Shown here piece after piece: positions 19,201-34,191 of a stretch of DNA of 64,000 bases. The position numbers and the translations under genes were made by a program. The stretch is from Malacoraja senta. Taxonomy: Eukaryota. Within the stretch, counting starts at the first letter, position 1; each line of letters begins with the position of its first letter. The stretch spans positions 28,644,001-28,708,000 of the forward strand of contig CM075980.1 in the NCBI GenBank assembly GCA_038087875.1, written 5' to 3'. The notes beneath the pieces were generated by a model. It was not told the origin of the DNA. It did no database searches and saw only the letters and a list, made by a program, of their open reading frames with translations.

Positions 19201-22200
19201 CTTACTTCTGTCCATTTATTTACAATGTTGTGATATGTGTTGGTCCTTTATGTGTTCCAAGCACATATGGGAATAAACTGCTTCTACCAGTGTGACATCA
19301 TTTGACATTGCTGTAATTGTTGCAATGCCCATTGGCGCATCTGAGGTAGAATTAATGATAATTAATTAAAAGCAAAACCAACAAGCTAAAAACGTACTTC
19401 AGATATTTTTATGTAAAAGATTTTTGCCGCATCCTTTATTAATCCTCTGCACATCATCAATGAATAATTATTGTATTTGTTACAGTAAATGGCTAAGAAT
19501 ATGCAGCACATATCAAACAAGTTCAAAGTGAAAATATATGTTGACTTAATTAATTCAGAACAGTTTATTGAAGTGAGTTAGAATAAATACAGAAGACAGG
19601 CTCAAAATGCCGGATTTGCTTTTGTCTACCATAATTTGAAGAAAAATAAGACTGAATAAGTGGATATCATCAAATACTGCTGGTTTGTTTAATTTGTTTG
19701 GATAAATATTACCCAATCTTTGTTTTTTATAACTGGAGTGAATAAGCAAATAAATATACTAATCTGCATATTTGGAGCATTTCTCTTTCTTACCTTAAGT
19801 ATTTAAACATTAATTTTATTATAGTGCCTTTAAATATCAATAAGTAGGGAAATAACACGCATTTTGAGAAATCCACAAATAATATATCAGGTTTCATAAA
19901 TATGGTATAATAAAGAGTAAAATGCTTGGGAATATTTGAACAACTTGTGAAATGTTAAATTGTCTTGCACAGAGATTTAAGATGCATTTAAGATGCATTT
20001 TAACCAGTTGTGACCAGAGGTGATATCTGGCTCTACCCTGAGTGACTTGAGCTGCCTGGATAATTGATGCAATTTTTTTCTTTGCACCTGATAGGCATTT
20101 TGTTCCGTTTTGCACTATTACACCGAGTTTACCGAGTTTCCATTCGCCAATTTCAATAATATAATCAGATGATTGCAAAGATTAAAATAAATCTAAGAAA
20201 TGACTAAACAGCCAGGACCAGTACAGTTCATTCCTGATTGTTTACATTTTGACACCGCCTATCTCTGTTCATATAATAAGTACTGACGTTGGAAGTATAT
20301 TGCAGCGCTTGCACCGAGCGAGAGCAGAGTGTATCACAACACTATCAGTTGCTACTTAAATGCCGTTTGTCAGTTACCACAAATTTAAATGAAATATACT
20401 GCTAACACGATTTGCCCGCGCTGTGCACCCAATGCAACCTCCAACCATTAAAAAAAAAGGCAGAACACAAATAGGACGGTAATTCATGTGCTTTATGTAA
20501 ACATGCGAATATGATCTAAACGAACCTTTAACTACAATCTCACGCTCACAATGCAAGTAAGCAAGAGGGTGCCTCGCGTAAGCAAGGGAAGGGGACGATT
20601 GTATACCTTTAGTGACCATTAACTACTAATTCCCAGAACGAATTCGCGCGCGTGCTGAATATATTAACACCATTAAAAGACGGTGCTAACTTTAACAGTG
20701 ACCTACTGAAGCATCTGTATTGTGCATAATGTTGAAGTGTTAAATGCAGTGGGGGAGAGGGAAAAGGAGGGACCGATGAGGTTAGGAGTAATCTACCTGC
20801 AATCATAGATAACTTTGTGAAACCAGGAAGACTGGACATATTTAACGAGGCCTTTGCCGGAATTCACACGACCAAAACCCACGAAGAATACCCGTTTTGC
20901 TTCCCTTTACAGCACTGACCATCAATATCTTTCTTTACGTAAATTGTCTAAAACAAGGTGATCGGTGCGCGCCGCATTGTTTGCAGCAGGGCGTGTTGAT
21001 AGGATTTATTAAACACAGATGATCCTCCTGTTTTTAAAACATACGGAAAAGATTTACAATTCACATAATTGCAATGCACTTAGGTCCATCATCACTCGGC
21101 AGGTGTAAATATAGGTCGTTTAGATGTGTGACATATATAACTGCACACTTCTTAAGTGCATCAGGTCGCGGTGTGTTGCTGAAAAGAAACACCTCGATTC
21201 GAGTTTACACGACTAAAATAGTTGTAGCCAGTGAGAACAAAAGCATGTCACCGTCATATTAGGGAAAGGTTAATAATGGGTTTTTTTCTAGTTAAATAGG
21301 AATGCAAATATTACTTGGGAAGTCCTAAAATGACATTGGAACTATTTTCACTGATTCGGTGATTTTAAAAAATATATTAAAATAATATCTCAGGTACAAA
21401 TTATTGGTAAACGGGAGTATGCTTGCTTGGGTAAATTGGGGGTGGGGGGTGGGGGTCGCTTTAAATCTCAGCTCTAGAATATCCTGTGATACCTTTCCAG
21501 CCACCGCGCAGGCCAAATTGCTCCCTTGAGAAATAACAGCCGCCTATCGCTTGATGGCGCTGTCTTGAAGTTTCCTGTTTTCTCAACCCAGAATTTCACA
21601 GGCGAAAGGTAGATTTACTTCTACGCTTAAACAACTATTCCTGCCATTAGTCTGAAAACATATTTATATCCGATCAGTATAACAATGGATTTTTTTTCAT
21701 CTTTGTAAAATATTCATTTTTTGCTATCTTTTTACCCAATTGTCAATTAAACAGGAGCGAGAGAAAACAAAACAAAAAAACAAATAAGCACTCTCATCTA
21801 GCTACTGTCCAGTGTGCACTGTTCATGCCAGGCGTGTTCTACGTACGGGTTCTAGTTTAATGCAAGGGCTCATTCTATACAAAAAAAGTTCACCCGAAGT
21901 TCACTTTCTGTGTTGTAGGTTCGCCTTTCGCCAGTGTGACAATAATTTCCATGGGGCTATTTAGTTGCACCGATGATATATGAGCGTCAATCAAACTGAT
22001 TAATTATATTTTTCTAACCGTTTCAATTGAAATGTTTAAAGTAGTGGCTGGCGGCTTCAACACCTCAAATTATAACATTATAATTAAACCTTCCATGGTT
22101 TTCACAGTTTGGAATTCTGACCAGCAACAGTTTCAAAGAGAAGTTTTAAATCCCACTATTAGCGAAGTCAGGCTGCGACTACACGGTCATTTATTTAGTC

Positions 22201-23784
22201 CTGACGTGCTTGTTTTTTTTTGTTGTAGCTTTCTTGTGCATTAGAAGCAAAACTGATCGAATATCCTACGTAATGTCATTTTCGTCGGGTTAGCCTTAAT
22301 CAATTCAAAGGTCGTGCGCTCTCAATCTAACGTCAGGGCAGTCTGGAAAATCTATTTTATAACGTTAGACTGGCCCGATAGCTGAAAGGGTAAAATAGAG
22401 AAAAAAACATGTTTTTTGTCTCAGTTTCCCCAGTCTATCACCGTAACCTCGCCACGAGAAATGATCTTTTGAAACACATTCTGTTGTTTCATCCCTCCTA
22501 TATACAGATAAGCTGCCTGTTAATTAGAACATGAGACATTCAAGGCAAAGCTGAGTTTGAAGAGTGTTCGACATATTTTGTGCTAATTAAATGCATTAGT
22601 ATTGTGGCTCATAAGGCATATGTAACATAAATTATACCTTATATTCGTATGGTCGAATCTAAATTATCTCCGTGTTAATTAGATTTGCTTCAACTGAAAA
22701 TTGTTTGGCTGTACCGGATATTATCCGAATGGCAAATTGCTCTGCAGTGTTGTGTTTTGACCTACCCAGCAAACAACCACGACATTGCTTTAAACTTTGA
22801 GCCCAGACACGAATCCTATTATCAACGCTTCAAGTTAAAGACCGAGGCAGTGGGGGGGGGGGGGGGGGGGGGGGGGGGAGAATCTCTTCACGGCGTTTTG
22901 CGCGAAGAAGAAATGCCCTAATAAGATCAATATAGAGAGGGAGCCAAAATCTCAACAAAGGTTTACTGGAAGTCTAACGACCTCTGACATACATTGCACA
23001 TTAATTGGAGACTATATGAGAAAAGGTGGGATTCCAGTTAATTAGTAGAAAATGAATAACATTGAACATTATATGATTTGTCTCCGAGTACCGCTTTGTT
23101 AGTGCGGATTTGGGGATCAGCTTTTGTACAGAACAAATTGGATGTGAGTAGCGTGGTGCACTGTTACACTGTCGTTTTGTACATTGGCGACAGCTTCAAT
23201 CCTGGGAAAAGGTAAAGGGATCTGGGCGATCACGGCCCTCATTATCTCATGCCTGAGCACATCTTTGAGAACGATTCATAATCAACATCGGCACTCACAA
23301 CGCTTGCACTCGTGGTTATAGTTTTCTTTCAACGCAAAGTAACTTGATTCAAATAAAGAATTTTTGCAATTTAACTGCAATAAGAATGTTGCATTTCTGT
23401 TAACCTTTGTTTTCGTCAACTACTCATTTCTAGAGCGTCAAAATATATATTCCCCCCAACGGTTTTACGTAGTGGACTTGTACCATAGTTAGGGACCTTG
23501 TGCCCTGATACGTGCGGTGTTTGTGTCGGAGATGTAATTAGACTCTTGTTTGTAATACAACATTAGCCAAGGTCTGGTGCAACGTTTCATGCTTTGCTTA
23601 TCACAATGTAGTATGGTTAAGGTGTGATCAATTTCAGATAAATGCACGTGGGGGGGGGGGGGGCAGTTCCACCGGGAGGGATGGGTGGGTGCATAATTTG
23701 GGGAAGGGTGACGTGTTTGAGGGTGGATGAGGGAGGAAGGGTGAGTCGATGAAGATTGTGAGGGAGAAATCAGGTCACACTAAT

Positions 23785-23872
23785 GGAAGATAGACAAAAT
23801 GCTGGAATAACTCATCAGGATAGGCAACAATACTGGATAGAAGGAATGGGTGGCGTTTCTGGTCTTCAGACC
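23785..23872 (-). mobile_element. Short Penelope-type element, degenerate
   Basis: Same module as 1699-1823 with an internal deletion. Confidence 0.6.
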
Positions 23873-26800
23873 AATGGACACCAGTCTTACCAGCACAGCC
23901 GCTTAATTGAATATGTATAGGATTTTGAAGTTAGTAAAATGCAACGATTTGTCCGCAGGAATCTTACGTTTAAAATATCTGATTACTTAAAAATTCAGTC
24001 GACCCATACGATAACAACAATAGTTGAGAATCTAATAACGAGCGTGATAAATGTTAGAGACATATAACTTTATATAAATAAACTTTGTCCTAACGACAGA
24101 ACATTAAACTGGCTTTACCTCTGGACAGTATTATGAAAGTTACTTTGTATAACTACCTGGTCCAATACTGAACTATCTCAGATGTCAAAAACCAAAAGAA
24201 GGCAGAAACTAAAGTTAAAATAATTTAACAATAAAATAATGATTTATCTTGGAAAATCATTACGTTTAAAGCCACTTTTTTCATTCAAGCTAAATAATCA
24301 AATAAATGGCATCAGAAAACATTAAACACTTCAGTCTTTTCTAGTTGGAGAAATGGTGTACACATGAAAAAAAGGAAATCATTTTGGATTGCAGCCTGAA
24401 AAAGCGCATTAACTCCAAATAAAGAAAGTTAACATTTGGATTCTGTAAAGTGAGTACTTGAATTCCTCGAAATGTTATTTCCTCTTTATTCTGCAAAAAA
24501 AACCTCTTATCTATTCCATGTCTATAAAGAACAACAAAAATCTATCCAACGCTATATTAGCAAGAAGGAAAACAATGAGTTTTACTATTGGTTGTTAATG
24601 TGTCATTCCAGGTTAAAGCGGGTGATCGGTTGCACAGGTAACTGGTCTGAGGTACAGCCGGGCCGCATTCAGCAACGCTGCCTTTCGCATATAAGCAGCA
24701 CCTTTATTATCACCATTCGGAGTGCGTCTCGTGATTAACGTGTTAAAAATGTAGTCGTTTCGCTACCAGTAATAAATGAGATTAGCTTCAGGTAGGGACC
24801 CAGGGTGGAAATGTGGAATGTCAGCTAGATTTACACCTGTCCCATGGCTCGAATTGACAGCACTATTGCCTACAGAGATGACCACTGGTGCCAGTCTGTC
24901 TGGGACTCATCAGCCTTACTTTGTAAGTTGAAATGGACGAGATGATCAAAACAACCTAACGCGTATCGTTTTATCACCAGAAACAAGAGCAACGAAAGAA
25001 ACTAATATTTATGTTTAAATGCGTGCCACAATTGTGTTATTTTGCCATAGTTCGTGAATGCTAAGGGATGTAGCTAAATCATTATTACCAGTAAGAGGGC
25101 GTTTGTTTCGACAGCATCAATAGTGATCTATGTTAAAGCTACCCCAAACAAATAACTCGTACACAATCACCCCAAAGCTCAGATCATTGGACAGTTCAGT
25201 GACAGATATTGACCAGACGCCAAAGGAATCCTGTTCAACTGCAGATCCAAAGGGTCGCATCTGTTGTGCGCAGTGCACACATTCCCATTTCGCAAGGGCT
25301 ATTACCATCCCGTAAGGCTGCTGAAAACATTCATCATATTGGTCAAAGTGGAGCCAGGCCACTCAGCCACCGTATTCACACACAGGTAGCCTAATGATTC
25401 CATTAGGCGAGACCAGACCGTTCCGGATCAGTAAGCGCATGAGGGGCTAGAGAAACTAATGTGCCACTGTCACCGTCGTTTAAGAAATTCAAGAGAACAA
25501 CACCCGACATTACACCATAAGTCTTCACCAAACATTCTGGACTTTTCTTTTGACCAGCGCGAGTAGCCATAATCTCATAAAACGCTTTATATTTATTTAA
25601 CTGCTTTACACCTTTTGAAACGTTCCCTTCAAATATTTACCAAGGCACTCAAATTCGAAGACAGCTTGCTTCTCCACGAGAACGCGCCGAATGATTTATT
25701 TTCAAGCTATTTTTCAATGTCCTCGTAAATATCTGATCGTTTGAGAAATGTGTTCCCCGAAACCCATTTCCAAGTACTCCCTTCGGCCGATCCCATTCCG
25801 ACCAAACTCTCTGCTCACCACTTTCACCAAAGAAAGCTATTCGCTTTGGAATTTTGCAGCGATAAAGATATCGTTTCTGTAATCCTAGTAAAGGCTGGTC
25901 TATTTTTCTGGTAATGTCACTTGCTGATCCACCTATACATTCAATACAAACTTCACTGTTTTATCACTAAATTAAAGGCCGCTTAAACAGAACAACCAGC
26001 AATCCACCGGCTGACGGTAAACCAGTAAATAAAAGTTATTCCGCTTTTAAGGACTTAAAAAACAAACTAATGCGTATTTTACTTTGTTCATGAAAAGGGA
26101 CTTAATTTATAATTTATTTTTATATTATAGATTAATTAATAAAAAATCAGACTACAGTGCGGTAGTGATGAATTCAACTTAAAACAAACTGTTCTGTGAA
26201 CAGAGAAACGAATGGAAGGTTTATAAATCTCGCCGCTTGCATAAATTGCAGGTAGATATATGGATATCTGTGCGTGTGCATGTGTGAATGGGGGCGAGCG
26301 GAACAGAGGCAACTGCTATAAACAAACTGACCAGCCACATATATTTTTGTAATAAATATCCACTACATCAAACATGCCCACAAAAAGTGAGATAAAGTTT
26401 ATCGCGAGAAAACCAGTGGAAACGTAATCTATAATTAATAGATATCTTGATCGGGAATTTCGACGGTTTTATTTCTAATTTGTGTCTCTCCAATAGAGAA
26501 AAAAAATCAATCAGCTCCAGTTATTATTTAGCTTTGGTTGAAATATTAATGCTGTTACAATGGAGAAAATAGTGTTTACAGCATATTGCATATCGATGGA
26601 ACAGTTACCAATGTTTCCATAACTGTTGAATGTGCTACTAAGCCAGCAACCCTGGGCATTTGAATATAATAATAGAGAATACTCCAATGCCAAGATTGGA
26701 TGTGGCAAATATCAGTGGCAGAGCTTACATTGTATTGTACACCATGTCGTGACCAAGCCACATTAAAGGGCATAAATATGTAATGTGGACAAATCTTGGC

Positions 26801-26909
26801 AAAATCGACCAAGTATTCGCAACTTTCAAGCATTTAGAATTTTAAGTGAAGTGATAATAGATCCCTAAAAAGTAGAAATAAGCCATTATTAACTGATCTA
26901 AGGAAATGT

Positions 26910-26990
26910 CTTCTTCAGTCTGAAGAAGGGTTTCGGCAGAAACGTTGCCTATTTCCTTCGCTGAGTTTCTCCAGCATTTTTGTCTACCTA
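26910..26990 (+). mobile_element. Short Penelope-type element, variant subfamily
   Basis: cagtCTGAAGAagggtttcggcaGAAAcgttgcctatttcc...ctccagcatttttgtcta. Confidence 0.6.
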
Positions 26991-27864
26991 AAGAAACCCA
27001 GATCCTTGTTGTGGTGTTGCTTTGATTTAAAAAGATGAACACGTTTCGACCTACTGATCAACCGCAGAGTTAATTTATTGATATTAATTTCTTAGCACCA
27101 TTTTGACATCTAAACATTCACTTTTAACATGTTTTTAGTTCTGCAGAAATTGCATAAAAAGGAGCTTTAAAGAGAAACACTAAAGTTGCAGTCCGGTAAA
27201 CTTCCTCTGGTATTAATGGATTTAATTGTATCACTCCCGCAATCAAGATCTATAACACACACACACACACACGCAAACACGCACACACACGAGAATGCGA
27301 AAGTACTTGACTAGAGTCACATTCATGGCTTCTTCACAGGTATGCAGCTTGTTACTGTGTTCCTTGAGAACATCAATGATATAAGTGACCAGCCGTCAGT
27401 AATATATATTTGCAAGTGCAGTATTTTGTCTTCCCTGCCCCTCGCCTCCATCCCCAACGCAATTAGAAGGACATGTCTTGTAAAATTATTCCACATTTTT
27501 AAACTTTCGCTATTTAGAATGGTATAGTTATCAAAAAGCGATGGGTGGATTTTCTGCTAAATAATTTAGAATATCACGTTCCTATCAGGAATAAAGACCA
27601 CGTTTTGGTCTTTGTTGAAATTACATAGTTAAATCAGAAAGGAATCAGCATTTTTGCAGCTCTCAGTAAGGATTTCGACATCTTAACCAAAATATTTTAA
27701 CAAAGTAACTAACACCTAAGTGCTTCTGCAGATCGATACGTTAATAAATTGAAACAAATGCAAATCAACAGCTATATTTTTAACGTCAAATGCAACTTAT
27801 TTGCTTAAGTGTTTGATGTTCCAAGTAACATCAGAGCGTTATCCTCATTCGCCGCTAATGCTTA

Positions 27865-28171
27865 GGAGTGTAGGAAGGAACTACAGATGCTGGTTTATAC
27901 CAAAGATAGACACAAAATGCTGCAGTAACTCAGCGGGGCGGGCAGCATCTCTGGAGAGAAGGAATGGGTGACGTTTCGGGTCACATCGTTACTTTTTTGC
28001 ATATCATTAATTCGTTTCGTCTATATCTCTCTATATCGCTGTCTATATCTCTCGGTTCTCTTTCCCCTGACTCTCAGTCTGAAGCATGGTCTCGACTTGA
28101 AACGTCGCTCATTCCTTCCTTTCAGAGATGCTGCCTGTCCCGCTGAGTTACTCCGGCGTTTTGTGTCTATT
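27865..28171. mobile_element. Palindromic Penelope-type element with 17-bp TSD
   Basis: Two inverted copies of the module, flanked by ttcgccgctaatgctta (27848-27864) and ttcgcccctaatgctta (28172-28188). Confidence 0.8.
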
Positions 28172-30001
28172 TTCGCCCCTAATGCTTACTGTAGGGGGGT
28201 TTTTTGTTAAGTATTCTGGGGGGAGTTCTGGACATTTGCGTACAAAGAAATACCGGGGGATTCTTTATTCAGTACAAACCTTTATTTGAGGATGGTCATT
28301 TCAAATGCTTACAGAAATGGTTACAGAAAACAGACACTGCGGATATGTTGCTATATTTGTGCTGCTGTCTAGTCGTAGCAAACTCCGCCCTTCCAGTCTG
28401 CTGCAAGGCACCTCCACACCTTGCCACCCCACTCCACCCCTTCCCCCTCCCCCACTGCGGGGAGCTGAAGAGAGACACGTCACGAAGATAAGAGAAACGC
28501 AACACGCACGCTTCACACCACCCCACTAGATAAAGTGACTTTTGTGTTGGCGAATATGTGGGAGGGACCAGCAAGCACACGAGTCTCGACAGAGTGCAAC
28601 ATGATAAGGCAATTTCAACAGAGCAAATTAAAATCCCGCCGTTTAATCCAAAACTTATTAATTAGTACAATCTATTCAACGCCCTTACTTGAAGACCAAC
28701 GTCGAGGGCCACGGTTTTACTTTTGTGTGCATAAATAACTCAAATCTTCAAAGAAGCACAAGAAAGTGAATAAATCCTACACGTTATTGTGAGTGGATAT
28801 TGTTAGAACGAACCTTTGTAGTTTTATGTTTAGCGGGGAGTAAACATTTTCAAAATCATGGCATTATTAAATCTTTACACATATGTTTCGTGGCTTTTTA
28901 AATCCTAAAACAGCCACACTCAAAAGTTTTCACTAAAATGGTCTAAACAACACTATCACCCTGGGGGTAGATTGTGAGAAACATTTCATTTTTTTGACTT
29001 TGTTTCTTGTTTTTGTTTTGTTTCTTGTATTTATCAGGGTTCAAACCTCCTGATTTTGAAATTCACAGTGGAGGCATGATGATCGTTGTCTTGGACGCGC
29101 AGTTCAAAGTTACAAAGGCGCATTCAGTAGTTCGCCCTACAATAGGCGCCCTATTTGGTAAGAGTCCTAGGTAGGCGGACCGGTAATACTTTGAAGCTAT
29201 GCATGTGACAACAGCAAACCTCACGATGTCGATGAACTAGTTAATCGATGATAATTAGAACAGGGACTAAACCCTTTTAAAAATAAGATATATATTAGAG
29301 ATTGCAACTGGATATAGTTGATGGTAGGGGGGGGGGGGGAAATAAATCAGAGAATGTGAAACGAGGTACTGGAGACGAACGTGAGCGAATGAGAATGCAC
29401 AGGCTAGCAACAGTCCAGCAGGAAGGGAGATCATCAAATTTGAATTGATGTGAATCTTGGCAACGAGAGAAATCTATACCATTTTCTGTTCGGCTTCTCT
29501 CTATTTGGCGGACAGTCCCTTCAACGCACGTGGATGGGTGCCCTGGAGTTTAGAGGATACTTGAAGGTAGCCCTGGAACGTGAAGGGATAACTCTGGGGT
29601 CTGTTTTGAGTGAAATCACCATAAACATTGCTTCCAATTGAAACTAACCAGAACCGCCATTCGGATTCTATACTTAACATCATATTTCGAGTTGATATAA
29701 GATACATAACTTTGACGGGTGGGCTTCCGTCTTTGGTGCCCTGCATTGCTTTGGTTGGCAGTGACCCCACCCTAATTCCCATTTGGCTTTTGCGACGCGC
29801 TGCTATCCCATTACTCGTCATGTTTACTTTAATATATTTCAATTTCAGGCCCAATTTCTTCTACTCAGCAGCCAGGAATCTCTCAGAAATAAGTTGTTGA
29901 GAAAATGGCATGTAAAGTATGACTCGTTGGGATATATATTACACGTTCAAATTGGATGGAATTAAAGGGTTCAAACTCTACTCAACTCAAGGAAATAGTA
30001 C

Positions 30002-30180
30002 AGGGAGGAACATGCTGGTTTACACTGAGGATAGACAGAAAACGACAGGGTAACTCAACGAGTCAGGCGGCATCTCTGAAGAAAAAGAATAGGTGACATT
30101 TCGGGTATGAAAATGTCACATATTCCTTTTCTCCAGAGATATTGCCTGAGCCGCCGAGTTACTCAAGCATTTTGTGTATC
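30002..30180. mobile_element. Palindromic Penelope-type element
   Basis: Inverted arms, flanked by the imperfect direct repeats aaggaaatagtac and aaagaaacagtac. Confidence 0.7.
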
Positions 30181-32349
30181 AAAGAAACAGTACTTCGTCC
30201 TTAATATGTAGTTAATTTGGAGGGGGGTTCAATAATATCAAGCTTTAAAAGGTTTCGTGTCAAATGAGAAGCTATCGCAGAAGCTTGCCGAATATGTGTT
30301 ATGTTACAGAAACATAAAGTACCCGAGGAGCTGTCTGGTTTGTACATGTAATTCTGTGATATTTTAATGCACGTCGTTCAAGTAATCGGATGTTGGAACT
30401 GGCACTTAAGGGTTCCACTAACCATTCAAATCATTATTAAACCATACACAGATTTAATGGTCTCAGCGGAGAAAACATAATTTGGCTGACCTTTGGGACC
30501 CTCCCGCCGGCGTCCCTTCCCCCGTCCTCTCATAAGACGGAGAGAGAAAGAGAGAGGGGCAGACTGGGAGACAGGGTGTCAGACAGAGGGATAAACAGAG
30601 ACACATAGGAAGAGAGAGGGTTGACCAGTTTAGACGCAGTGAAGACGTCGTCGGGCAGCAGTTCCTGGCTCCGAACTAATATACTGTCCAATCAATTATT
30701 AACTGGCAAACTGGCTCCAGTGTCCAATTTGTGCGATCCCTCGATAGATTTCTATGTCAGAAGTCTTGGGCCACCGAAACATCACATTCATATATTCCTC
30801 ACCTCGGTATAAAATTTCATTCCATAAGAATTAAAACTAGATTTTTATTAAAGGGTTGCCTTTTTACCCACGGTCGGTTAAACTTCATAACACCACGAAT
30901 TTTGTTTAAGCTGTTAGATGGCGTCGTTGCTGTAATTCAAGAACTGGTGAATTGGAAATTATTATTGCATTAGCACGGTTCAAAGATGGAAACGTGCTTG
31001 CCATGGGGTTTGCACTTAGGGATTTGACTGGGCATTCGTTGTCTTTTCATGCAAGTATTTGGAGGACGACCTGTGCAAGACGGAATCACATTACATCACA
31101 GATATCCTGAGCCAGTTGTCGATTACATTGTCATAATACCAAAGGAAATGTTTATAATCGTTTCTGCAAATTGATCTCCGAGTCACGATTTTATGATTTG
31201 TTTCTCTAACAACTGGCGATGTCGCATAAAAATGTAGACCCTCTGGGTTTGCACCAATGGTTTACTGGGTAACACAAACACATCAGAAATGCAATCAAGT
31301 GTCCCGATTTCATTGATTCATTGATTCATTGGTTCTCATCTAGTTTTTTCCATGGGGCCCCGACCGTTAAATGACATCTGCCATTCACTCACTAGTAAGA
31401 CCTTGACCACGGATGTTTGCACAGTTTAAAGTCCCCAGTCGTTTCTAGTTGCGCCTTTGATACACAATTTGTTGTGAATGCAGTTTCGGCTAATTATCAT
31501 AGCAAGGTGCAGGCTTTTTTCCAGACTTACATCACTACATCGTTACAACCCTTATCACCCTTTAACTTTTAAACGCTTGCAGGCTAAAATCAGTTTTCCA
31601 GAAAGTTGGCTGTCATCCGCCCAGGGCAACGGTCTGTTCTTATTAACCCGACCACTGCCCCAAGCAGTCCTGGGTTCAAGAGTAAGGATAACACTGGGAA
31701 AGTATGGAGAAACGTGTGCGCGGGTCGAATCAACCTCGTTTGATCGTCCACGCCCGGGATGTGAAACAGAGGTCACACATTCGCATAGCGAATGAGTTGT
31801 GGTCGACAACAGCAACTGCTGGAGTTTCCTAGACATACAATACCCCCCTTCTCGCCTCCTGCGTTCTTCACTGCCACGATCGGCCCCCCTGTGTCTGTCA
31901 TGGTTTGGCAATATAACTGATGCGTGTTTCTGTGCAACACGAAGCCGTCTGCCCCGCAAACAACCGTCTTGCCTACAGCCACCAGACTTGACGGCATCGC
32001 TTTGAGAAAGAATGGTGCGTGGCTTAGTGCATTAGTCGTCAGTGGCCCAAACATGTTTTTGTTGTAATAGTTCATTGTGTTATGCCTGATAAGGTCTCCA
32101 CAACATAGAGAGTTGCAGCACGAAGTACAAGCAAGTCCTTTGGAAGCAATTCCGAGTTGGATTTTCCTACACGTGTTATTTTCCCTTAGCCTTTCCACTT
32201 TGGAGAACATTTCAGATTATTGTAACTAAAATCCCATGTACCAAGTTTTAAATAATAATACCCTGTGAATATCGTTCTGTGTGAGTCGTGGTCATATTGC
32301 TATGCTATGAGCATACTGAGTCTCATGAAACTATCATTGTTTTCTTCTT

Positions 32350-32478
32350 GTGTACGAAGGGACTGCAGGTGCTGGTTTAAACCGAAGATAGACACAAAAA
32401 GCTGGAGTAACACAGCGGGACAGGCAGCATCTCTGGAGAGAAGGAATGGGTGACATTTCGGGTCGAGACCCTTCTTCG
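32350..32478 (-). mobile_element. Short Penelope-type element with 11-bp TSD
   Basis: Module flanked by gttttcttctt at 32339-32349 and 32479-32489. Confidence 0.8.
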
Positions 32479-33780
32479 GTTTTCTTCTTTTTGTTTTGCA
32501 AACCTAGTGACAGAATAATTTCCTCCTGTGTTAGTGTGTATTAGATAAATTGGTCCGTCGGTGATTTACCGCTGCCAGTTATATGAATTAATGTAAAAAT
32601 CTTGACTTGGAGTGTTAACACGCCACCGGAGGAAGGAAAAGTGGGGGTTTGTTAAGGAAAGGGATTCCACTGGCATGATGTGTAGTATGTGAAAAATGCA
32701 TTGACGTGGTATTCATTTGTCCGTAATTACTAACGAAATTTTAAGTGTGCTTATTAGTTGTTTCGCCAGAAGCAAAGTAGAGGGATATTTACCGGAAAGG
32801 TTTCCTCGGGATAACACACAAGACAACCTCAGAAGTCATCCGCCCTGATGATCTCTAAACGCAACAAAGTTTATGTACTGAGTGATACAAACTTGCCCCC
32901 TAAGCGTGCCTGAAGTAAACTCTGCAATAATGTTTACCTCTGCAAACAAGTTAAGGATCACTGAACGCGAAACAAAAATGAAATATTTCAGGTGTACGCG
33001 TGGGAGGTTGGGGGTCAAAAGTTCACATTTTTTACTGGAATAACATTGGCGTCAGAAGTTGAAATCTGTTCATATGTTTACCCGCGTGTATAGGAAGCTT
33101 GGTTTAAAACGCAAACGTTTCACCCTTTCCCTTCAGTATTACTTTAAGCAGAAAAGTAAATGTCGTGTGAAGTATATAACAAATACTTTTATCTGGTGTT
33201 CTTATCTCTCGGCGAGGTACATCATTCACTGAAAGTTGTTGTTCAAACGAGCAAGAAAGTAAAGCACATTTCGCTGCACTCATCTTTGAACTTGACATTT
33301 GACGAATATTGCAGGTTTGAGCGCTACCGATCTTCGATACAATCTTAATCAAAAGCCAAGTCCCAAAATCAATATGGTAGTGGATATTTTAAACCTTTAG
33401 AACTGACATGAGACACACATTCAAAATAAGGGACTAGAAACGGCAAGTTTTAGAAGGTGCACCTGGAAATTGCTGTTCGCCAGTTTGTCCTGCGCTATGC
33501 CTCTGGATAAGCTCATCGCTTTCTATATATCCTGGGGAAAACTGTCAACCTCAGAATACTTCTGAAGTTGTTAGTCTGTGGTGTGATTGAACATCTTAAA
33601 CTAGCCTGTCTCAAACATGAATAAAATCCACCGATATTTTCTCAGAAATGTTGGGAGGAATCGTTTCCAGTATGTTACATGCAATGAAGGAAAACATGGT
33701 AGATTCTGCACCCGCCCGTGACATTAATTGTTCGCCGTTTATTTGTTAACGCTATTTCCATGTATTTATTTTGGAAAATC

Positions 33781-34128
33781 ATATATTCATCAAACTTCCG
33801 GCATAACACATTAATCGTGTATATGTCGGGTTCATAGCTCATGAACCCCTATACTGATCTTGTTTTCCGTGCGGCAGGTGACTTATATTTGCCGCATCAA
33901 TTATATTGTTGGAAGCACATGATACAAAGGAGTAGGATTCACAATACTGCATAGGGTGGTGGAAGGAGAATTTGGAATGAGAGCTAGGTTTAAAAATATG
34001 GCGAGAGAATATTGAAGTTTTGTATTGGCAATGAAAGTATATATATTTGTATATACTATACGCGCGTGTGTGTGTGTGTGTGTCTGTGTGTGGGTAGGAA
34101 GGAACAGCAGATGCTGATTTACACCGAA

Positions 34129-34191
<63 letters not shown>

